Below, piece by piece: positions 55,201 through 64,000 of a stretch of 64,000 nt of DNA. Each line of letters opens with the position of its first letter. Position 1 is the first letter of the stretch. The translations under genes and the position numbers were made by a program. The stretch covers positions 2,356,001-2,420,000 of the forward strand of contig OZ210884.1 in NCBI GenBank assembly GCA_964658305.1, in the 5' to 3' direction. Under the pieces are notes generated by a model. It was not told where the DNA came from. It did not search any database and worked only from the letters and a program-made list of their open reading frames with translations. Source of the DNA: Leptogorgia sarmentosa (lineage: Eukaryota).

Positions 55201-58200
55201 ATGGTGAATACGCATGGTAAATTTGGTGGCGACACCATTCAAAATGGAAGCCACAGAAGCAATCAAGTCCCTTCACCTGGTATGGTATATTTGCTATTGC
55301 TATTGCTCCTGTTGAGATTCCTTTGAAACAACGGGCTACCCGTCATCATGCCCTTGCTCGTATTTTTATCACAGGTTTGCGGAATTTTCGCTACACATTG
55401 CTCTTGGCATGGTGAATACGCATGGTAAATTTGGTGGCGACACCATTCAAAATGGAAGCCACAGAAGCAATCAAGTCCCTTCACCTGGTATGGTATATTT
55501 GCTATTGCTATTGCTCCTGTTGAGATTCCTTTGAAACAACGTGCTACCCATCATCATGCCCTTGCTCGTATTTTTATCACAGGTTTACGAAATTTTCGCT
55601 GCACATTGCTCTTGGCGATGGTGAATACGCATGGTAAATTTGGTGGCGACACCATTCAAAATGGAAGCCACAGAAGCAATCAAGTCCCTTCACCTGGTAT
55701 GGTATATTTGCTATTGCTATTGCTCCTGTTGAGATTCCTTTGAAACAACGGGCTACCCATCATCATGCCCTTGCTCGTATTTTTATCACAGGTTTACGAA
55801 ATTTTCGCTGCACATTGCTCTTGGCATGGTAAATACGCATGGTAAATTTGGTTGCGACACCATTCAAAATGGAAGCCACAGAAGCAATCAAGTCCCTTCA
55901 CCTGGTATGGTATATTTGCTATTGCTATTGCTCCTGTTGAGATTCCTTTGAAACAACGGGCTACCCATCATCATGCCCTTGCTCGTATTTTTATCACAGG
56001 TTTACGGAATTTTCGCTACACATTGCTCTTGGCATGGTGAATACGCATGGTAAATTTGGTGGCGACACCATTCAAAATGGAAGCCACAGAAGCAATCAAG
56101 TCCCTTCACCTGGTATGGTATATTTGCTATTGCTATTGCTCCTGTTGAGATTCCTTTGAAACAACGGGCTACCCATCATCATGCCCTTGCTCGTATTTTT
56201 ATCACAGGTTTACGGTATTTTCGCTACACATTGCTCTTGGCATGGTGAATACGCATGGTAAATTTGGTGGCGACACCATTCAAAATGGAAGCCACAGAAG
56301 AAATCAAGTCCCTTCACCTGGTATGGTATATTTGCTGTTGCTATTGCTCCTGTTGAGATTCCTTTGAAACAACGGGCTACCCATCATCATGCCCTTGCTC
56401 TTATTTTTATCACAGGTTTACGAAATTTTCGCTGCACATTGCTCTTGGCATGGTGAATACGCATGGTAAATTTGGTGGCGACACCATTCAAAATGGAAGC
56501 CACAGAAGCAATCAAGTCCCTTCACCTGGTATGGTATATTTGCTATTGCTATTGCTCCTGTTGAGATTCCGTTGAAACAACGGGCTACCCATCATCATGC
56601 CCTTGCTCGTATTTTTATCACAGGTTTACGAAATTTTCGCTGCACATTGCTCTTGGCGATGGTGAATACGCATGGTAAATTTGGTGGCGACACCATTCAA
56701 AATGGAAGCCACAGAAGCAATCAAGTCCCTTCACCTGGTATGGTATATTTGCTATTGCTATTGCTCCTGTTGAGATTGCTTTGAAACAACGGGCTACCCA
56801 TCATCATGCCCTTGCTCGTATTTTTATCACAGGTTTACGAACTTTTCCCTGCACATTGCCCCTGGCATGGTGAATACGCATGGTAAATTTGGTGGCGACA
56901 CCATTCAAAATGGAAGCCACAGAAGCAATCAAGTTCCTTCACCTGGTATGGTATATTTGCTATTGCTATTGCTCCTGTTGAGATTCCTTTGAAACAACGG
57001 GCTACCCATCATCATGCCCTTGCTCGTATTTTTATCACAGGTTTACGAAATTTTCGCTGCACATTGCTCTTGGCGATGGTGAATACGCATGGTAAATTTG
57101 GTGGCGACACCGTTCAAAATGGAAGCCACAGAAGCAATCAAGTCCCTTCACCTGGTATGGTATATTTGCTATTGCTATTGCTCCTGTTGAGATTCCTTTG
57201 AAACAACGGGCTACCCATCATCATGCCCTTGCTCGTATTTTTATCACAGGTTTACGGAATTTTCGCTGCACATTGCTCTTGGCGATGGTGAATACGCATG
57301 GTATATTTGGTGGCGACACCATTCAAAATGGAAGCCACAGAAGCAATCAAGTCCCTTCACCTGGCATGGTATATTTGCTATTGCTATTGCTCCTGTTGAG
57401 ATTCCTTAGAAACAACGGGCTACCCATCATCATGCCCTTGCTGGTATTTTTATCACAGGTTTACGAAATTTTCGCTGCACATTGCTCTTGGCGATGGTGA
57501 ATACGCATGGTAAATTTGGTGGCGACACCATTCAAAATGGAAGCCACAGAAGCAATCAAGTCCCTTCACCTGGTATGGTATATTTGCTACTGCTATTGCT
57601 CCTGTTGAGATTGCTTTGAAACAACGGGCTACCCATCATCATGCCCTTGCTCGTATTTTTATCGCAGGTTTACGAAATTTTCGCTGCACATTGCTCTTGG
57701 CATGGTGAATACGCATGGTAAATTTTGTGCCAACACCATTCAATGTGGAAGCCACAGAAGCAATCACGTCCCTTCACCTGGTATGGTATATTTGCTATTG
57801 CTATTGCTCCTGTTGAGATTCCTTTGAAACAACGGGCTACCCATCATCATGCCCTTGCTCGTATTTTTATCACAGGTTTACGACATTTTCGCTGCACATT
57901 GCTCTTGGCATGGTGAATACGCATGGTAAATTTGGTGGCGACACCATTCAAAATGGAAGCCACAGAAGCAATCAAGTCCCTTCACCTGGTATGGTATATT
58001 TGCTATTGCTATTGCTCCTGTTGAGATTCCTTTGAAACAACGTGCTACCCATCATCATGCCCTTGCTCGTATTTTTATCACAGGTTTACGAAATTTTCGC
58101 TGCACATTGCTCTTGGCGATGGTGAATACGCATGGTAAATTTGGTGGCGACACCATTCAAAATGGAAGCCACAGAAGCAATCAAGTCCCTTCACCTGGTA

Positions 58201-60900
58201 TGGTATATTTGCTATTGCTCCTGTTGAGATTCCTTTGAAACAACGGGCTACCCATCATCATGCCCTTGCTCGTATTTTTATCACAGGTTTACGGTATTTT
58301 CGCTACACATTGCTCTTGGCATGGTGAATACGCATGGTAAATTTGGTGGCGACACCATTCAAAATGGAAGCCAGAGAAGCAATCAAGTCCCTTCACCTGG
58401 TATGGTATATTTGCTATTGCTCCTGTTGAGATTCCTTTGAAACAACGGGCTACCCATCATCATGCCCTTGCTCGTATTTTTATCACAGGTTTATGAAATT
58501 TTCGCTGCACATTGCTCTTGGCATGGTGAAACCGCATGGTAAATTTGGTGGCGACACCATTCAAAATGGAAGCCACAGAAGCAATCAAGTCCCTTCACCT
58601 GGTATGGTATATTTGCTATTGCTATTGCTCCTGTTGAGATTCCGTTGAAACAACGGGCTACCCATCATCATGCCCTTGCTCGTATTTTTATCACAGGTTT
58701 ACGAAATTTTCGCTGCACATTGCTCTTGGCATGGTGAATACGCATGGTAAATTTGGTGGCGACACCATTCAAAATGGAAGCCACAGAAGCAATCAAGTCC
58801 CTTCACCTGGTATGGTATATTTGCTATTGCTATTGCTCCTGTTGAGATTCCTTTGAAACAACGGGCTACCCATCATCATGCCCTTGCTCGTATTTTTATC
58901 GCAGGTTTACGAAATTTTCGCTGCACATTGCTCTTGGCAAGGTGAATACGCATGGTAAATTTTGTGCCGACACCATTCAATGTGGAAGCCACAGAAGCAA
59001 TCAAGTCCCTTCACCTGGTATGGTATATTTGCTATTGCTATTGCTCCTGTTGAGATTCCTTTGAAACAACGGGCTACCCATCATCATGCCCTTGCTCGTA
59101 TTTTTATCACAGGTTTACGAAATATTCGCTGCACATTGCTCTTGGCATGGTGAATACGCATGGTAAATTTGGTGGCGACACCAATCAAAATGGAAGCCAC
59201 AGAAGCAATCAAGTCCCTTCACTTGGTATGGTATATTTGCTATTGCTATTGCTCCTGTTGAGATTCCTTTGAAACAACGGGCTACCCATCATCATGCCCT
59301 TGCTCGTATTTTTATCACAGGTTTACGACATTTTCGCTGCACATTGCTCTTGGCGATGGTGAATACGCATGGTAAATTTGGTGGCGACACCATTCAAAAT
59401 AGAAGCCACAGAAGCAATCAAGTCCCTTCACCTGGTATGGTATATTTGCTATTGCTATTGCTCCTGTTGAGATTTCTTTGAAACAACGGGCTACCCATCA
59501 TCATGCCGTTGCTCGTATTTTTATCACAGGTTTACGAAATTTTCGCTGCACATTGCTCTTGGCGATGGTGAATACGCATGGTAAATTTGGTGGCGACACC
59601 ATTTAAAATGGAAGCCACAGAAGCAATCAAGTCCCTTCACCCGGTATGGTATATTTGCTATTGCTATTGGTCCTGTTGAGATTCCTTTGAAACAACGGGC
59701 TACCCATCATCATGCCCTTGCTCGTATTTTTATCACAGGTTTACGAAATTTTCGCTGCTCATTGCTCTTGGCACGGTGAATACGCATGGTAAATTCGGTG
59801 GCGACACCATTCAAAATGGAAGCCACAGAAGCAATCAAGTCCCTTCACCTGGTATGGTATATTTGCTATTGCTATTGCTCCTGTTGAGATTCCTTTGAAA
59901 CAACGGGTTACCCATCATCATGCCCTTGCTCGTATTTTTATCACAGGTTTACGAAATTTTCGCTGCACATTGCTCTTGGCATGGTGAATACGCATGGTAA
60001 ATTTTGTGCCGACACCATTCAAAATGGAAGTCACAGAAGCAATCAAGTCCCTTCACCTGGTATGGTATATTTGCTATTGCTATTGCTCCTGTTGAGATTC
60101 CTTTGAAACAACGGGCTACCCATCATCATGCCCTTGCTCGTATTTTTATCGCAGGTTTACGAAATTTTCGCTGCACATTGCTCTTGGCATGGTGAATACG
60201 CATGGTAAATTTTGTGCCGACACCATTCAATGTGGAAGCCACAGAAGCAATCAAGTCCCTTCACCTGGTATGGTATATTTGCTATTGCCATTGCTCCTGT
60301 TGAGATTCCTTTGAAACAACGGGCTACCCATCATCATGCCCTTGCTCGTATTTTTATCACAGGTTTACGAAATTTTCGCTGCACATTGCTCTTGGCATGG
60401 TGAATACGCATGGTAAATTTGGTGGCGACACCAATCAAAATGGAAGCCACAGAAGCAATCAAGTCCCTTCACTTGGTATGGTATATTTGCTATTGCTATT
60501 GCTCCTGTTGAGATTCCTTTGAAACAACGGGCTACCCATCATCATGCCCTTGCTCGTATTTTTATCGCAGGTTTACGCAATTTTCGCTGCACATTGCTCT
60601 TGGCATGGTGAATACGCATGGTAAATTTGGTGGCGACACCATTTCAAATGGAAGCCACAGAAGCAATCAAGTCCCTTCACCCGGTATGGTATATTTGCTA
60701 TTGCTATTGGTCCTGTTGAGATTCCTTTGAAACAACGGGCTACCCATCATCATGCCCTTGCTCGTATTTTTATCACAGGTTTACGAAATTTTCGCTGCTC
60801 ATTGCTCTTGGCACGGTGAATACGCATGGTAAATTCGGTGGCGACACCATTCAAAATGGAAGCCACAGAAGCAATCAAGTCCCTTCACCTGGTATGGTAT
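46270..60900. repeat. Mosaic of dispersed, shuffled multi-monomer duplications (209-bp subfamily layer)
   Basis: Several different ORF offsets: 49757/54308 (4551), 50261/55852 and 50981/56572 (5591), 52980/55263 and 53248/55531 (2283), 54809/57725 (2916), 46728/58962 (12234). Confidence 0.8.
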
Positions 60901-63900
60901 ATTTGCTATTGCTATTGCTCCTGTTGAGATTCCTTTGAAACAACGGGTTACCAATCATCATGCCCTTGCTCGTATTTTTATCACAGGTTTACGAAATTTT
61001 CGCTGCACATTGCTCTTGGCATGGTAAATACGCATGGTAAATTTGGTGGCGACACCATTCAAAATGGAAGCCACAGAAGCAATCAAGTCCCTTCACCTGG
61101 TATGGTATATTTGCTATTGCTATTGCTCCTGTTGAGATTCCTTTGAAACAACGGGTTACCCATCATCATGACCTTGCTCGTATTTTTATCACAGGTTTAC
61201 GAAATTTTCGCTGCACATTGCTCTTGGCATGGTGAATAGGCATGGTAAATTTGATGGCGACACCATTCAAAATGGAAGCCACAGAAGCAATCAAGTCCCT
61301 TCACCTGGTATGGTATATTTGCTATTGCTATTGCTCCTGTTGAGATTCCTTTGAAACAACGGGCTACCCATCATCATGCCTTTGCTCGTATTTTTATCAC
61401 AGGTTTACGAAATTTTCGCTGCACATTGCTCTTGGCATGGTGAATACGCATGGTAAATTTGGTGGCGACACCATTCAAAATGGAAGCCACAGAAGCAATC
61501 AAGTCCCTTCACCTGGTATGGTATATTTGCTATTGCTATTGCTCCTGTTGAGATTCCTTTGAAACAACGGGCTACCCATCATCATGCCCTTGCTCGTATT
61601 TTTATCACAGGTTTACGAAATTTTCGCTGCGCATTGCTCTTGGCATGGTGAATACGCATGGTAAATTTGGTGGCGACACTATTCAAAATGGAAGCCACAG
61701 AAGCAATCAAGTCCCTTCACCTGGTATGGTATATTTGCTATTGCTATTGCTCCTGTTGAGATTCCTTTGAAACAACGGGCTACCCATCATCATGCCCTTG
61801 CTCGTATTTTTATCACAGGTTTACGAAATTTTCGCTGCACATCGCTCTTTGCATGGTGAATACGCATGGTAAATTTGGTGGCGACACCTTTCAAAATGGA
61901 AGCCACAGAAGCAATCAAGTCCCTTCACCTGGTATGGTATATTTGCTATTGCTATTGCTCCTGTTGAGATTCCATTGAAACAACGGGCTACCCATCATCA
62001 TGCCCTTGCTCGTATTTTTATCACAGGTTTACGAAATTTTCGCTGCACATTGCTCTTTGCATGGTGAATACGCATGGTAAATTTGGTGGCGACACCATTC
62101 AAAATTGAAGCCACAGAAGCAATCAAGTCCCTTCACCTGGTATGGTATATTTGCTATTGCTCCTGTTGAGATTCCTTTGAAACAACGGGCTACCCATCAT
62201 CATGCCCTTGCTCGTATTTTTTCACAGGTTTACGAAATTTTCGCTGCACATTGCTCTTTGCATGGTGAATACACATGGTAAATTTGGTGGCGACACCATT
62301 CAAAATTGAAGCCACAGAAGCAATCAAGTCCCTTCACCTGGTATGGTATATTTGCTATTGCTATTGCTCCTGTTGAGATTCCTTTGAAACAACGGGCTAT
62401 CCATCATCATGCCCTGGCTCGTATTTTTATCACAGGTTTACGAAATTTTCGCTGCGCATTGCCCTTGGCATGGTGAATACGCATGGTAAATTTGGTGGCG
62501 ACACCATTCAAAATGGAAGCCACAGAAGCAGTCAAGTCCCTTCACCTGGTATGGTATATTTGCTATTGCTCCTTTTGAGATTCCTTTGAAACAACGGGCT
62601 GCCCATCATCATGGCCTTGCTCGTATTTTTATGACAGGTTTACGAAATTTACGCTGCACATTGCTCTTGGCATGGTGAATACGCATGGTAAATTTGGTGG
62701 CGACACCATTCAAAATGGAAGCCACAGAAGCAATCAAGTCCCTTCTCCTGCTATGGTATATTTGCTATTGCTCCTGTTGAGATTCCTTTGAAACAAGGGG
62801 CTACCCATCATCATGCCCTTGCTCGTATTTTTATCACAGGTTTACGAAATTTTCGCTGCACATTGCTCTTTGCATGGTGAATACGCATGGTAAATTTGGT
62901 GGCGACACCATTCAAAATTGAAGCCACAGAAGCAATCAATTCCCTTCACCTGGTATGGTATATTTGCTATTGCTCCTGTTGAGATTCCTTTGAAGCAACG
63001 GGCTACCCATCATCATGCCCTTGCTCGTATTTTTATCACAGGTTTATGAAATTTTCGCTGCGCATTGCTCTTGGCATGGTGAATACGCATGGTAAATTTG
63101 GTGGCGACACCATTCAAAATGGAAGCCACAGAGGCAGTCAAGTCCCTTCACCTGGTATGGTATATTTGCTATTGCTCCTGTTGAGATTCCTTTGAAACAA
63201 CGGGCTACCCATCATCATGCCCTTGCTCGTATTTTTATCACAGGTTTACGAAATTTTCGCTGCACATTGCTCTTGGCATGGCGAGTACGCATGGTAAATT
63301 TGGTGGCGACACCATTCAAAATGGAAGCCACAGAAGCAATCAAGTCCCTTCACCTGGTATGGTATATTTGCTATTGCTATTGCTCCTGTTGAGATTCCTT
63401 TGAAACAACGGGCTACCCATCATCCTTGCCTTGCTCGTATTTTTATCAAAGGTTTACGAAATTTTTGCTACACATTGCTCTTGGCATGGCGAATACGCAT
63501 GGTAAATTTGGTAGCGACACCATTCAAAATGGAAGCCAAAGAAGCAATCAAGTCCCTTCACCTGGTATGGTATATTTGCTATTGCTATTGCTCCTGTTGA
63601 GATTCCTTTGAAACAACGGGCTACCCATCATCCTTGCCTTGCTCGTATTTTTATCAAAGGTTTACGAAATTTTTGCTACACATTGCTCTTGGCATGGCGA
63701 ATACGCATGGTAAATTTGGTGGCGACACCATTCAAAATGGAAGCCACAGAAGCAATCAAGTCCCTTCACCTGGTATGGTATATTTGCTATTGCTCGTGTT
63801 GAGATTCCTTTGAAACAACGGGCTACCCATCATCATGCCCTTGCTCGTATTTTTATCACAGGTTTACAAAATTTTTGCTGCACATTGCTCTTGGCATGGT

Positions 63901-64000
63901 GAATACGCATGGTAAATTTGGTGGCGACACCATTCAAAATGGAAGCCACAGAAGCAATCAAGTCCCTTTACCTGGTATGGTATATTTGCTATTGCTCCTG
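60900..64000. repeat. More diverged, largely monomeric satellite segment
   Basis: Many variants not seen elsewhere (AAAATTGAAG, GCAGTCAAG, CATCCTTGCC, ATCAAAGG, CAAGGGG, CTTCTCCTGC). No long-period repeat evident within the window. Confidence 0.7.

Larger units (their letters stand above)
1..64000. repeat. Tandem satellite DNA array, 202/208/209-bp monomer, about 310 head-to-tail copies, running off both window edges
   Basis: The motif TTGAAACAACGGGCTACCCATCATCATGCCC recurs every 202-209 bp from position 69 to the end, always on the same strand. Most monomers differ from consensus by only a few bases. No non-satellite insert seen. Confidence 0.99.

Noticed and set aside
1495..63802. About 100 short ORFs (61-131 aa) from the six-frame track
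   Set aside because: All are translations of the same monomer in different frames, opened or closed by single variants. 202, 208 and 209 are not multiples of 3, the consensus contains stops, many starts are TTG/GTG, and I recognise no protein domain.
1..64000. CRISPR array or integron-like cassette array
   Set aside because: There are no unique spacers or cassettes; the entire unit repeats. No cas or integrase gene is present.
1..64000. Hidden transposon insertion, inversion or telomeric repeat
   Set aside because: Reading through the window, monomer phase and orientation are continuous. The largest non-monomer indel seen is 13 bp.
1..64000. The whole array as a concatemer or sequencing artefact
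   Set aside because: Structured, position-specific variant sharing and private SNPs between duplicate blocks (e.g. 13280, 21269, 26240/30780) indicate real evolutionary history, although individual identical duplications still need read support.

Overview
The whole 64 kb window is one uninterrupted, single-orientation tandem satellite array of about 310 monomers. The consensus is 208 bp and about 43% GC by hand count. Main length variants are 202 bp (loss of one TATTGC) and 209 bp (one G inserted). I found no credible protein-coding gene, RNA gene, CRISPR array or transposon. All listed ORFs are chance frames of the repeat, but their spacings are useful markers of the higher-order structure. 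The array is organised into spatial subfamily layers and nested, near-identical higher-order duplications: 1641 bp (8-mer) within 4701 bp (23-mer), 2441 bp (12-mer), 5959 bp (29-mer), 4338/4540 bp (21/22-mer), 1040 bp (5-mer), and 1250 bp (6-mer) within 3125 bp (15-mer). The right end is more diverged and close to monomeric. This architecture resembles eukaryotic centromeric or pericentromeric satellite, which is an inference. I do not recognise the satellite family or the organism. I see no supported novel gene system; the interest lies in the repeat architecture and its mutational history. All comparisons were made by eye, so boundaries are approximate.
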